Of a stretch of 37,004 nt of DNA, positions 15,836 through 24,552 are shown one piece after another. Source of the stretch: Firmicutes bacterium CAG:238 (lineage in GTDB: Bacteria > Bacillota > Clostridia > Christensenellales > CAG-917). Below the pieces are notes generated by a model. That model was given only the letters and a program-made list of their open reading frames with translations, was not told where the DNA came from and did not search any database. The stretch lies in contig CAVKTQ010000001.1 in the NCBI GenBank assembly GCA_963659105.1, positions 1 to 37,004 of the forward strand, in the 5' to 3' direction. A program made the translations under genes and the position numbers. The stretch's first letter is position 1. The number at the start of each line of letters is the position of its first letter.

Positions 15836-16750
15836 TCACTCTGCCGTCGGACGCGTGTCGCCCTTGTTTATCGTGCCGTCCGTGCAAACGATGTCACACG
15901 GTGCTTGTGATTTATCCGTTTCCACGTTCTCATACCATTCTTCAATTGTACCAAGATATACAACGCTGTTGTACTCAGTCAAGCCGAATACTATTTTAAC
16001 TGCTTTTGATAGTGTCAATTTTTCTGCATGCCCTGAATAAAGTTTGACCCAAGTCACAGTTTTTCCGTTGTATTTTTCGGGAATTTCCAACGATTTGAGC
16101 GGCACATTTATTTGCGACAGTCTGCAAGTGTTCTCATCGATATCCTCATAAACAAGCACTGACGTAGTCGGTTTAAGCGTTTTATAAGTGTCTTTATATT
16201 TTTCGGGGATACCAAGTTTTGTAGCATTGAAATTTTTGACAATAATTTGCACTGCGAGCGCGCCGTTGTACATGACGGACACAGTGATAACATTATCCTT
16301 TATTGCATACTCGTTCTCGGACATCAACTCATATATACTTTCGAGATATGCTTCAACATCGGTTTTTTCGTTATGCGAATAAGTTGTGTCGTACCCCGAA
16401 CAGTCAACGACTTTTATGTCCTCTTCTTTACCTTCAATGAATAAATCATAATACATATTTCCTTCAAAAAATTTCGCTCCATAGTATCCTTCGGAAAGAA
16501 TACATGAATACCCGTTGCGCGCCCATGTATACTCGTATGCAACCGTTCCGTCCGGACTACATGATTGCGCTGTAAAAATTTCTACGTCTTCCAATGCTTC
16601 CTTTACCTCGTCAAGAGTCATATCCGAACGCAAAGTTATTTTTGAATATTCCGAATATTCGTCATTGTCGCCTTTGTCATCGCACGCAACAAAAGTTGCA
16701 GACATAATGCAAATTAGCAAAATCACTATAAACACAATAAATCTTTTCAT
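15836..16750 (-). CDS. Lipoprotein of unknown function with a BspA-type LRR-like C-terminal end; low G+C
   Basis: SD GAGAGGAGA. Signal peptide + lipobox (ILLICIMSATFVAC). C-terminus LEIPEKYNGKTVTWV...VVYLGTIEEWYENVE...IVCTDGTI resembles the terminal unit of clostridial BspA-like LRR proteins. My hand count over 16081-16440 gives about 39% G+C, against about 50% or more in sampled lines of flanking genes. Confidence 0.6.
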   Translation of the reverse strand: MKRFIVFIVILLICIMSATFVACDDKGDNDEYSEYSKITLRSDMTLDEVKEALEDVEIFTAQSCSPDGTVAYEYTWARNGYSCILSEGYYGAKFFEGNMYYDLFIEGKEEDIKVVDCSGYDTTYSHNEKTDVEAYLESIYELMSENEYAIKDNVITVSVMYNGALAVQIIVKNFNATKLGIPEKYKDTYKTLKPTTSVLVYEDIDENTCRLSQINVPLKSLEIPEKYNGKTVTWVKLYSGHAEKLTLSKAVKIVFGLTEYNSVVYLGTIEEWYENVETDKSQAPCDIVCTDGTINKGDTRPTAE

Positions 16751-16764
16751 AATTTTCTCTCCTC

Positions 16765-16781
16765 ATGTTTTATAAAAACAT
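16765..16781. promoter_or_regulatory. 7-3-7 inverted repeat ATGTTTT-ata-AAAACAT in the divergent lipoprotein/XRE control region (operator candidate)
   Basis: Lies 15 nt upstream of the lipoprotein ATG, within the 115-bp divergent intergenic region. Confidence 0.3.
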
Positions 16782-16825
16782 AAAATACAAAATGTATTCT
16801 ACTTTTTTTATTGTAACATTCGTTT

Positions 16826-16853
16826 TCGAATATGTCAATTCCAAATCGAATAT
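16826..16853. promoter_or_regulatory. Direct repeat TCGAATAT x2 with 20-nt period upstream of the XRE gene
   Basis: TCGAATAT at 16826-16833 and 16846-16853. TACAAT at 16860-16865 abuts ATG 16866. Confidence 0.3.
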
Positions 16854-16865
16854 TTTACATACAAT

Positions 16866-17081
16866 ATGTCTATGCAATTCAAAGACAATCTCAAAGAATT
16901 AATGATAGAAAATGGTTTTACGCAGGAATCGCTTGCAAATGCAGTCGGCACAACGCAAGGCACGATAAGCAAATGGCTTTCCGGCGTTCAGGAACCAAGA
17001 CTTTATCAACTTAAACAAATTTGCGCCGTGTTCAACTGCACAGCCGATTTTTTGATAGGAAACGACAACGCTCTCGATTGA
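16866..17081 (+). CDS. XRE-family helix-turn-helix transcriptional regulator
   Basis: 71 aa. HTH_3 pattern FTQESLANAVGTTQGTISKWLSGVQEP. A second in-frame ATG at 16872 could be a leaderless start, because TACAAT ends at 16865. Confidence 0.85.
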   Translation: MSMQFKDNLKELMIENGFTQESLANAVGTTQGTISKWLSGVQEPRLYQLKQICAVFNCTADFLIGNDNALD

Positions 17082-17089
17082 GCGTTTTT
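17067..17089 (+). terminator. Rho-independent terminator overlapping the XRE stop codon
   Basis: AACGCTC (17067-17073) / GAGCGTT (17080-17086), 6-nt loop, followed by TTTTT. Confidence 0.55.
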
Positions 17090-17244
17090 ACGTTTTTAAC
17101 AATTTCTGATTAAAAAATATATCTTGTTCCGCACTATTAGAAGAGCCGCCCGAACGGGTGGCTCTGTAAGGAACGAAGTGACGGAATAGCGATTGTTACG
17201 CCTTGCGTCAATCGCGTCCAAAGTTTTTCGCCAAATAGTGCGCT

Positions 17245-18243
17245 TTAATACAATTTGACACCGAGCATATCGCTTAATAGATTCCGCTCCTCAAAGAATC
17301 TCGCGCCGCCTATGGCAATTGCGTTCTCGATGTCTTTGAGTGGCGTGACGGGAAGTTCGAGCGCTTGTTCGAGATAATCGATAAGTCCCGGAATGTGAAG
17401 CGAGCCGCCGGACACGAAAATGCCTTTGCGAAGTATCTCTGCAGAAAGTTCGGGCGGCGTTTGGTTGAGGACGGACATTATGACTTCTATGATGTCGTCC
17501 ACAAGCGGAATCACGGCGTCGCGCATTTGCTCTGCGGTGACGTAGAGCGAGCGAGGCGAACCGTCCGCACTGCCTCCGCTGACGGCGTAACTGCCTTCGT
17601 CGTTGACATAGAAGGAAAGCGCGGATTTTTTGAGATTCTCGATTGTAAATTCGCCCACCTTTACGCCGTAATTCATATAAAGGCTGTCGATGATTGCGTT
17701 GTTGAACGCGTCGCCTGCGATATTGACCGAGCAACCCGTTGCAATGCCGTGATTGGTGACTGCGGATATTTCGGTTTTGCCGCCGCCGATGTCAACGAAA
17801 AGACCGCCTATGCTGTTTGTGTACGCAAGAAGGCTCAAACCCGATTCCACGAGCGTGACTTCCTTTATGCCCGCCTTTATGCAGCACTTTTCCACGGCAC
17901 GTCTGTCCGAACCCGACGAGGATTCGCAAATGGACACGATGGCTTTGATTCTTGGCATAAAAATGCCTTCGGGGATAATCTTTTTGAGGAAGTAATGAAG
18001 AAGCATAGTCGCCATTTCTTCGTCTACGATTATGCCTTCCTTGATGGGCGCGATGACTCTTGCGCCGCCGAGCGAACCCGTCATAACGCTTTCCGCTCTG
18101 TACCCTGCGTCGCGGATTTCGAGGCGGTTGCGCGATTTGGTCGCAATGGCGATTGCAGGCTCGCGTAAAACGAGACCTATGCCCTTTTGATAGATGGTGA
18201 TAAACTTGCTTCCGAGGTCAATCGATAGTTCTATTGTTGCCAT
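17245..18243 (-). CDS. mreB: MreB/Mbl-family actin-like protein (divergent)
   Basis: 332 aa, SD GGAG. IDLGS..., LREPAIAI, PIKEGIIVD, VDIGGGKTEIS, IAGDAFNNAII, TPPELSAEILRKGIFVSGG align with B. subtilis MreB motifs. Confidence 0.8.
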   Translation of the reverse strand: MATIELSIDLGSKFITIYQKGIGLVLREPAIAIATKSRNRLEIRDAGYRAESVMTGSLGGARVIAPIKEGIIVDEEMATMLLHYFLKKIIPEGIFMPRIKAIVSICESSSGSDRRAVEKCCIKAGIKEVTLVESGLSLLAYTNSIGGLFVDIGGGKTEISAVTNHGIATGCSVNIAGDAFNNAIIDSLYMNYGVKVGEFTIENLKKSALSFYVNDEGSYAVSGGSADGSPRSLYVTAEQMRDAVIPLVDDIIEVIMSVLNQTPPELSAEILRKGIFVSGGSLHIPGLIDYLEQALELPVTPLKDIENAIAIGGARFFEERNLLSDMLGVKLY

Positions 18244-18844
18244 TGATAACTCCGACTCGAACGAGAATGTCGCCGAGTTTTTCTTTGGGCAGCCCCATTA
18301 TGTTGGAGTAACTGCCGCTGTATTTTTCCACGATTCTTTTGTCTTGAATCCCGTATGCGCCCGCTTTGTCGAAAGGCTTGCAGTCGTCGATATACGCATA
18401 AATCTGCTCGTCGGTGAGGGTTTTGAAAGTGACGAGCGATTTGACGCAAGCCACGATCTTTTTGCTCTCGCACGTCACGCAAACGCCCGTATACACGGTG
18501 TGAGTGCGCCCGTTGAGTTGCTTTATCATATCGAAAGCGCGCGCTCTGTCGTGCGGTTTGCCGTACACTTTGCCGTCAAACACGACGATTGTGTCCGCCG
18601 CAACAACCGTGTCGCTTCTATGCTCTTTTGCGATATGTTCCGCTTTTGCCACTGCAAGTTTCTTGACGAGCAAAAACGGAAAACGGGATTTTATCTCGCT
18701 CTCGTCTATATCTGCCGGGATAACCTCGTATTTTACGCCCATATCCGCAAGAATTTCTTTGCGGCGAGGCGAGGACGAGGCGAGAATCACGTTATTTGAA
18801 AACTTGTTCATTTTGTGCCGATTTTGATTAGATTTTCTAATCAT
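18218..18844 (-). CDS. maf: Maf-like nucleoside triphosphate pyrophosphatase
   Basis: ILASSSPRRKEIL N-terminal signature and YGIQD near the C-terminus. An alternative ATG at 18811 (MNKFSNNVILASSSPRR) is equally plausible. Overlaps mreB by 26 nt. Confidence 0.85.
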   Translation of the reverse strand: MIRKSNQNRHKMNKFSNNVILASSSPRRKEILADMGVKYEVIPADIDESEIKSRFPFLLVKKLAVAKAEHIAKEHRSDTVVAADTIVVFDGKVYGKPHDRARAFDMIKQLNGRTHTVYTGVCVTCESKKIVACVKSLVTFKTLTDEQIYAYIDDCKPFDKAGAYGIQDKRIVEKYSGSYSNIMGLPKEKLGDILVRVGVINGNNRTID

Positions 18845-18868
18845 TCGCTCTTTTCGCTATGTATGTCC

Positions 18869-20389
18869 TCACAGAATTTCGAGGTTCTTGCCGTACGCCG
18901 CTTTGAACTCTGCCGCCGCGCCCATAGCGTCCTTGACTTCGAGGGTGCAGTCGCCGCCGTTTTCGCACTCGGTTTTGACGATTACGCTGTCGCCGAGAAC
19001 GTCGCAGTTGATGCCCGTGACGACGCCGCTTTGGCTTCTGTCGAAACTCTCTGCGATACGCAATATCACGCTGAGTTTTCTGATTGCGTCAACGTCCTCT
19101 TGCGTGAGCATATCCTTGTACTTGATGATTTCGTCGCGAGCGTTTTCGGCTTTTCTGTGGCCTGCCGCAACAAACGCCGCCACGACGATGTCCTTGTGCG
19201 GCACGCCGTAGAGGTTGCTGTTGAGAATGATGTACGCCGAGTGCAGTTGATGGTTGTAGAACTTGATTCTCATACCGCTGTCGTGCAAAAGCGCGGCGAT
19301 TTTAAGCACTCTGACGTAAACTCTGGGCATCTTGTGAAGCACTTTGAGTTGCTTGAAAAGTTGTATGGAGAGGTTGTAGACGTGTTCGGCGTGCGCAATG
19401 TTGAGGTCGTGGTACTTCATTTGCGTGTAGATCGAGTGACCAAGCACGTCCGAAAGCGGTCTTTCGTTGACGCCGGGAACGGCATAACGGAACATCGCGC
19501 CCTCTCTCAAGCCGCAACCGCTGATTGTGATTTTCGAGAACTCGAAGCGAGAAAGCACGGCTTTCATCACGGCAAGCGCGCTCGGGAATATATCCGCGCG
19601 ACCGCTCGAAAGTCCCTTTATCTTCATAGTGCTGTTGAGGTCGAGTTTCTTTATTGTGTTGTAGATACCCTCGAACTCCGAGACGGGCAACTCGTAGTTG
19701 TGCGTCATATTGAAGGGATATTTCTTGATAAGTCTGCTGATTCTGCCGAGATTTCTGAAACTTCCGCCCACGCCGACGAACGCCGTATCCGGTTCAACGC
19801 TGTCAAGCCAATTGATTTTTTCGAGTTGTTCGCCGATGAAGTCCTCGATTTTCTTTGCTCTTTCCTGCGGTGTGGAGCTGTCGTTTTTGAACAAATCCGT
19901 GAGCGTAACCGCGCCGAAAGGCAATGTTTCGAAGTGGACGAGATTTCTTCTGTTGTAATAAATGAGGTTGGTCGAGCCGCCGCCCATTTCCATAATCAAG
20001 CCTTTGGGGATGTCCATAGAGTTGATTACGCCCTGATAGACGAGCATAGCCTGCTCTTCGGGGGAAAGCACCTTGATTTTGATGCCGCAAGTCATTGCGA
20101 CTTCGTCGAGGAAACTCTTTTGGTTTTTGGCGCGTCTGACCGCCGCCGTAGCGTACGCAAAGATTTTGTCAACCTTGTTTGCGTCGCAGAGACGACGGAA
20201 CATAGTTAGCGTTTTTATCGTCTGCGCAATGCGCTGCGGCTTGATGAAGCCGTCCCAGTCCATATCTTGTCCGAGACGCACTGTTTCTTTGAGTTCGTCG
20301 AAAACCACAAAGTAGCCTCCGTCCAGAACGTTGACCAGCACGAGTCTTGCAGAGTTTGAGCCAATGTCGATAATCGCTATTTTTTCCAT
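18869..20389 (-). CDS. ppx: Ppx/GppA-family exopolyphosphatase with C-terminal HD domain
   Basis: 506 aa, SD AGGAG. IDIGSNSARLV N-terminus (ASKHA fold), GGGSTNL, and the HD-region LLHDSG. Confidence 0.85.
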   Translation of the reverse strand: MEKIAIIDIGSNSARLVLVNVLDGGYFVVFDELKETVRLGQDMDWDGFIKPQRIAQTIKTLTMFRRLCDANKVDKIFAYATAAVRRAKNQKSFLDEVAMTCGIKIKVLSPEEQAMLVYQGVINSMDIPKGLIMEMGGGSTNLIYYNRRNLVHFETLPFGAVTLTDLFKNDSSTPQERAKKIEDFIGEQLEKINWLDSVEPDTAFVGVGGSFRNLGRISRLIKKYPFNMTHNYELPVSEFEGIYNTIKKLDLNSTMKIKGLSSGRADIFPSALAVMKAVLSRFEFSKITISGCGLREGAMFRYAVPGVNERPLSDVLGHSIYTQMKYHDLNIAHAEHVYNLSIQLFKQLKVLHKMPRVYVRVLKIAALLHDSGMRIKFYNHQLHSAYIILNSNLYGVPHKDIVVAAFVAAGHRKAENARDEIIKYKDMLTQEDVDAIRKLSVILRIAESFDRSQSGVVTGINCDVLGDSVIVKTECENGGDCTLEVKDAMGAAAEFKAAYGKNLEIL

Positions 20390-20532
20390 ATAATTCTCCT
20401 AACGGCTTTCGCCGTGTCCTTTTGAGGACGATTGTTCAATTCTTTTTTTTTCGAATTTTCCGCTTATCAAATCTTCGATTTCAATCGAATCCGGTACGCT
20501 TTATTTGCCGAGATTTGCACTTTGCAAACCGA

Positions 20533-21360
20533 TTATTTTTCTTTGTGCGTTTCCAAAATACACTTGGACGGGCATTTCGAGGCGCAGATTCCGCAACCCG
20601 TACACTTCGTGTAGTCGATGACCGCAAGGTTGTTTTGGATTGTTATCGCGCCGCTCGGGCACACTTTTGCGCAAAGTCCGCAGCCGAGGCAGCCCACCGT
20701 ACACACCGCGCGCACTTCCTTTGCGCCACGCAGACAGTTGGAGCATGCGATGTAATATTTTGCGGTTGCAGGCACTCTCTTGACGATGTTTTTGGGACAA
20801 GCGGTGATGCATCTTCCGCACGCAACGCACTTTTCCCTATTCACTTCCGCATAGCCGTCGTCGCCCACTTTCATTGCGCTGAACGGGCATGCGTCCACGC
20901 ACGAACCCATACCGAGACAGCCCCATTTGCACTGTTTTCTGCCGCCGCCGAGAAGTTCCATACTTCTGCAGTTGCCGTAGCCCATATATTCGTACTTGTC
21001 AAAGGCGTTTTTTCCGCCTCTGCAAGCGACGACTATCATAGTTTCTTCGGCGTCTATGCTTTGTCCCATAATGTCCGCAATGGCTTTTTTGTTTTCCGCA
21101 GACGTAGCGGCGCAAGAGTTGATGTCCGCCTTGCCTTCGACGACCGCTTTTGCAAAAGCGTCGCAACCTGCATAGCCGCAACCGCCGCAGTTTGCGCCCG
21201 AAAGTTTTTCACGCACCTGATTTATGCGCTCGTCCTCGTGGACGGCGAGTTTTTTGCCGAGCACCGCAAGCGTAACGCCGAATACGAGCGCAAGCACGAG
21301 CAGCACCAGCGTAGAAAATAATATTGTCATCGGATCTACAGCCGAAATCAAATTTATCAT
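20533..21360 (-). CDS. rnfB: Rnf electron-transport complex subunit B (polyferredoxin)
   Basis: N-terminal TM, CGGCGYAGCDAFA motif, several CxxCxxCxxxCP 4Fe-4S motifs. Last gene of the rnfCDGEAB order. Confidence 0.9.
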   Translation of the reverse strand: MINLISAVDPMTILFSTLVLLVLALVFGVTLAVLGKKLAVHEDERINQVREKLSGANCGGCGYAGCDAFAKAVVEGKADINSCAATSAENKKAIADIMGQSIDAEETMIVVACRGGKNAFDKYEYMGYGNCRSMELLGGGRKQCKWGCLGMGSCVDACPFSAMKVGDDGYAEVNREKCVACGRCITACPKNIVKRVPATAKYYIACSNCLRGAKEVRAVCTVGCLGCGLCAKVCPSGAITIQNNLAVIDYTKCTGCGICASKCPSKCILETHKEK

Positions 21361-21373
21361 ATCACATCACCTC

Positions 21374-21994
21374 TCAGGGAAACACAAGGCTTACCGCGCC
21401 CGACGTTGAAATGAGTCCGCTGAACGCGACAAACGCCATACTAAGAATGCTTGCCGATATAAGCGTAATCGGGAAGCCTCTGAACGGCTTGGGAACGGCG
21501 TCCAAATCCATCTTTTCGCGCACGCCTGCAAGGAGCATAATCGCGATGAGAAATCCCACGCCGCTGAACGTGCCGTTGAGGAAGGATTGAAGAAGGCTTG
21601 CGCCGCTTGCAACGCCGTATGTGTCGATGTTGAGGATTGCAACGCCCAAAACGGCGCAGTTGGTCGTTATGAGCGGCAAGTACACGCCGAGCGCGCTGTA
21701 AAGAGCGGGCATATACTTTTTTAGCACCATCTCGATGAGTTGCACGAGCGCGGCGATGACGAGGATGAACGCAATGGTTTGCAAATACTCTACGCCGAGC
21801 GCGACGAGAACTTTTTGCACGCACCATGTTATGACGCTCGCAACGCCCATAACGAACGTGACCGCAAGTCCCATTCCGAGTGCCGTGTCGGTCTTTTTGG
21901 AAACGCCGAGGAAGGGGCATATGCCAAGGAACTGACTAAGCACGAAGTTGTTGACAAACATTGCTCCGATTATAAGCAAAAAGTATTCCATCAT
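21374..21994 (-). CDS. rnfA: Rnf complex subunit A
   Basis: 206 aa polytopic. The NNFVLSQFLGICPFLGVSKK signature is shared by RnfA/RnfE. SD AAGGGGAGG. Confidence 0.9.
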   Translation of the reverse strand: MMEYFLLIIGAMFVNNFVLSQFLGICPFLGVSKKTDTALGMGLAVTFVMGVASVITWCVQKVLVALGVEYLQTIAFILVIAALVQLIEMVLKKYMPALYSALGVYLPLITTNCAVLGVAILNIDTYGVASGASLLQSFLNGTFSGVGFLIAIMLLAGVREKMDLDAVPKPFRGFPITLISASILSMAFVAFSGLISTSGAVSLVFP

Positions 21995-22707
21995 TCAGCC
22001 TCCCCTTCTTTTTGTTCGAGCGCGGATTTCGCGTTTTCGATATTCTGTGCGGCTCTTTCCGCTTCGAGTTGTTTCTTTTGTTGTTTTTTGTCGCTCACCC
22101 AATTGACAAGCGCCATAGCAAGGCCAAGCGTCAAGAATCCGCCGGCAGGAAGCACGAAGAACGCAAGCGAGTAATCTCTCGCCGCGCCGAGCGAAACGCC
22201 GAACGTGAGCGAACCGAGCGAGCCTGCGAATATCGTTCCGCTGCCTATCAATTCTCTCACGAATCCCAAGCAAGTGAGCGAGAGCGTAAAACCGAGACCC
22301 ATTCCCAAGCCGTCGAGGATGCTGTCGCCGACTTTGTTGGAACTTGCAAACGCTTCCGCTCTTGCCAAAATGATGCAGTTGACGACGATGAGCGGCAAGT
22401 AAATGCCGAGCGCGCTATACAACGTGGGAATGAATTTTTTGAGTATCATTTCAAGCAAGGTGACAAACGTTGCGATGATGAGAACATACGCCGGAATACG
22501 CACTTTGTCGGGGATGACCTTTCTCAAAAGAGACACGAGAGCGTTTGAGCAGATGAGGATGAGCGTTGCCGCAAGCCCCATGCCCAAGCCGTTGAACGCG
22601 CTCGTGGTGATTGCAAGCGTCGGGCACATACCCAAGACAAGCCTGAACGTCGGGTTTTGCGCGAATATGCCGTTGGATACGATTTTCAGTTTGGAATTTC
22701 CTTTCAT
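21991..22707 (-). CDS. rnfE: Rnf complex subunit E
   Basis: ATG at 22705-22707 preceded by GAGGAGG. NPTFRLVLGMCPTLAITTS signature. Charged C-terminal tail of about 40 aa (KKQQKKQLEAERAAQNIE...). Confidence 0.9.
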   Translation of the reverse strand: MKGNSKLKIVSNGIFAQNPTFRLVLGMCPTLAITTSAFNGLGMGLAATLILICSNALVSLLRKVIPDKVRIPAYVLIIATFVTLLEMILKKFIPTLYSALGIYLPLIVVNCIILARAEAFASSNKVGDSILDGLGMGLGFTLSLTCLGFVRELIGSGTIFAGSLGSLTFGVSLGAARDYSLAFFVLPAGGFLTLGLAMALVNWVSDKKQQKKQLEAERAAQNIENAKSALEQKEGEAE

Positions 22708-22708
22708 A

Positions 22709-23482
22709 TCACGCCTCCTCGATATACGTTCTGAACGCATACACAGCCGCCGCCACCGCGTTGTGGTAGCCGGTAGAAGTGTACGTTGCCGAACTCACCG
22801 CGCTGACCTCGCCTTCTTCGAGTTCGGATTTATTTTTGACAAGTTCGAGTTTCTTTATGGTTTTTGCGTTCAAGCCGACGTATTTCGGTTTGTTCGCCTT
22901 TTCGACCTTATCGAAGTAACCTGCGGTTTCGCCTTGCTCGTAGACGGTGATTTCCTTGATTATGCCGTCCTTGTCGATAAACACGAGCAACTCTATCGAG
23001 CCGTCCTTTGCGCCGCCGCCCACCGCGTAGTAGCAGTAGCCGACGATTTCCTCGCCGTTTTTGGCGACGAAGCAGGATTCGATATAGTTGTTTTTGTCGT
23101 AGTCGTAAGAGGCGAGTTTCTCGTCCTTTACCGACGTTTGAGAGCCGAACTGCGCCGTGCATTTTTCCGCGATGACGCCGTCGGGATCGACGTAAGTCAC
23201 CCAGTTGACGATGCCGAGCAAAAGTCCTGCCACAAGCGCGATTACGGTGAGCACGATAGTGCATTTGGCAACGTCGCCGAGCTTGAACTTCTTTTTGCCT
23301 TTCGGACTATCTTTCTCGACAAATTGAGTGCTTTCCGCTTTCTTTTCGGTTGCGGCGTTTTCGACAACGCTTTCGTTTTCGGCATTTTCGTTCGCCGTAT
23401 TTTCGACCGCGCCGCTCTCATTTTCCGTTTGAGTTGTTTCCTCGTTTGAAACTGAGGCATTTTTCAACAATTCGTCAGTCAT
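22709..23482 (-). CDS. rnfG: Rnf complex subunit G (FMN-binding) with a long acidic N-terminal extension
   Basis: ATG at 23480-23482 preceded by GGAAGGAGG. TM (IVLTVIALVAGLLLGIV). C-terminal FMN-attachment context SAVSSATYTSTG. About 75 residues precede the TM helix. Confidence 0.85.
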   Translation of the reverse strand: MTDELLKNASVSNEETTQTENESGAVENTANENAENESVVENAATEKKAESTQFVEKDSPKGKKKFKLGDVAKCTIVLTVIALVAGLLLGIVNWVTYVDPDGVIAEKCTAQFGSQTSVKDEKLASYDYDKNNYIESCFVAKNGEEIVGYCYYAVGGGAKDGSIELLVFIDKDGIIKEITVYEQGETAGYFDKVEKANKPKYVGLNAKTIKKLELVKNKSELEEGEVSAVSSATYTSTGYHNAVAAAVYAFRTYIEEA

Positions 23483-24551
23483 TTTTGCCTCCTTCCAAAG
23501 ATTCTTTATTTTTGCTCTTGACGCGAGTTGCGACGTTGAGTTTTTTCGGCGCGCCGAACGCTCTCGGCATAATCTTGTCAAGGAGCGGAGTGAGAACGTT
23601 CATAATCAATATCGCAAAGGACACGCCCTCGTTCATTGTGCTGAACTTTCTGAATATAACCGTCAAGAATCCCAGTCCCACGCCGTAAATCACGACCGCG
23701 AGGCAGGATTTGGGGGACGTTGCGTAGTCGGTTGCCATAAAGAACGCGCCGAACATAAGACCGCCGCCGAGAAGGTACGTCCAAATGTATTCGCCCACAT
23801 AACCGGTGTTTGCGAAGAAAATCGCCGTAAACACGACCACCGAGCCGATGTAGAGCGCGGGAATACGCCAGTCTATAACTCTGCGGATGAGCAGATATAC
23901 GCCGCCGATGAGGATTGCGAGAGTGCTGACCTCGCCTGCACTGCCGCCTATTCTTCCCAAGAACATATCGAGCGCGTTGAGCCCTTGCGCGGGATTCGTG
24001 CCTGCCGAGATAGAACTCTTTACGCCTGCCATCGGAGTTGCGCTGGTTATTGCGCTTATGTCGATGTCGACCGCGTGCCCGAAGAACGAGAACAGATTTA
24101 CGCCGTTATCCAGCGTAATGGGAGATACGAAACTCGTCATAACACCCGTCCAGCAAAGGAGCAGGAATATACGCGCGGTGATTGCAGGGTTTGCAAAGTT
24201 TTTGCCGATGCCGCCGAAAAGCATTTTGACGATGACAATCGCAAAGAATCCGCCGACAATGGGAACGTAAAACGGAACGACGGGCGGCAGGTTGAGCGAG
24301 AGTATCATACCCGTAACGACCGCCGACAAGTCGCCCACGCTTTGGAAACGCTTGCCTATCACGTTGAAAAGCCACTCCGCAAACACGCAAGTGCCGACGC
24401 ACAGCACCATCATACAAAGCGGATAGAACCCGTACAGTAATACGCTTGCAATCGTCGCAGGAATGAGCGCAATGATGACGTCGAGCATCATCTTCCTCGT
24501 CGTAAACGTGGTGGATATATGCGGGGACGAAGAAACTATATACTTTGGCAT
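23475..24551 (-). CDS. rnfD: Rnf complex subunit D
   Basis: 358 aa polytopic. SSSPHI N-terminus typical of RnfD/NqrB. FMATDYATSP flavin-attachment context. Confidence 0.9.
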   Translation of the reverse strand: MPKYIVSSSPHISTTFTTRKMMLDVIIALIPATIASVLLYGFYPLCMMVLCVGTCVFAEWLFNVIGKRFQSVGDLSAVVTGMILSLNLPPVVPFYVPIVGGFFAIVIVKMLFGGIGKNFANPAITARIFLLLCWTGVMTSFVSPITLDNGVNLFSFFGHAVDIDISAITSATPMAGVKSSISAGTNPAQGLNALDMFLGRIGGSAGEVSTLAILIGGVYLLIRRVIDWRIPALYIGSVVVFTAIFFANTGYVGEYIWTYLLGGGLMFGAFFMATDYATSPKSCLAVVIYGVGLGFLTVIFRKFSTMNEGVSFAILIMNVLTPLLDKIMPRAFGAPKKLNVATRVKSKNKESLEGGKND

Positions 24552-24552
24552 A

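Noticed and set aside
17141-17164. A 10-bp hairpin AGAGCCGCCC-gaac-GGGTGGCTCT, and the hairpin at 17189-17215, as terminators for mreB or an sRNA.
   Set aside because: Neither is followed by a T-run in the minus (mreB) direction. The plus-strand T-run is 8 nt away from the second stem. There is no supporting promoter for an sRNA.
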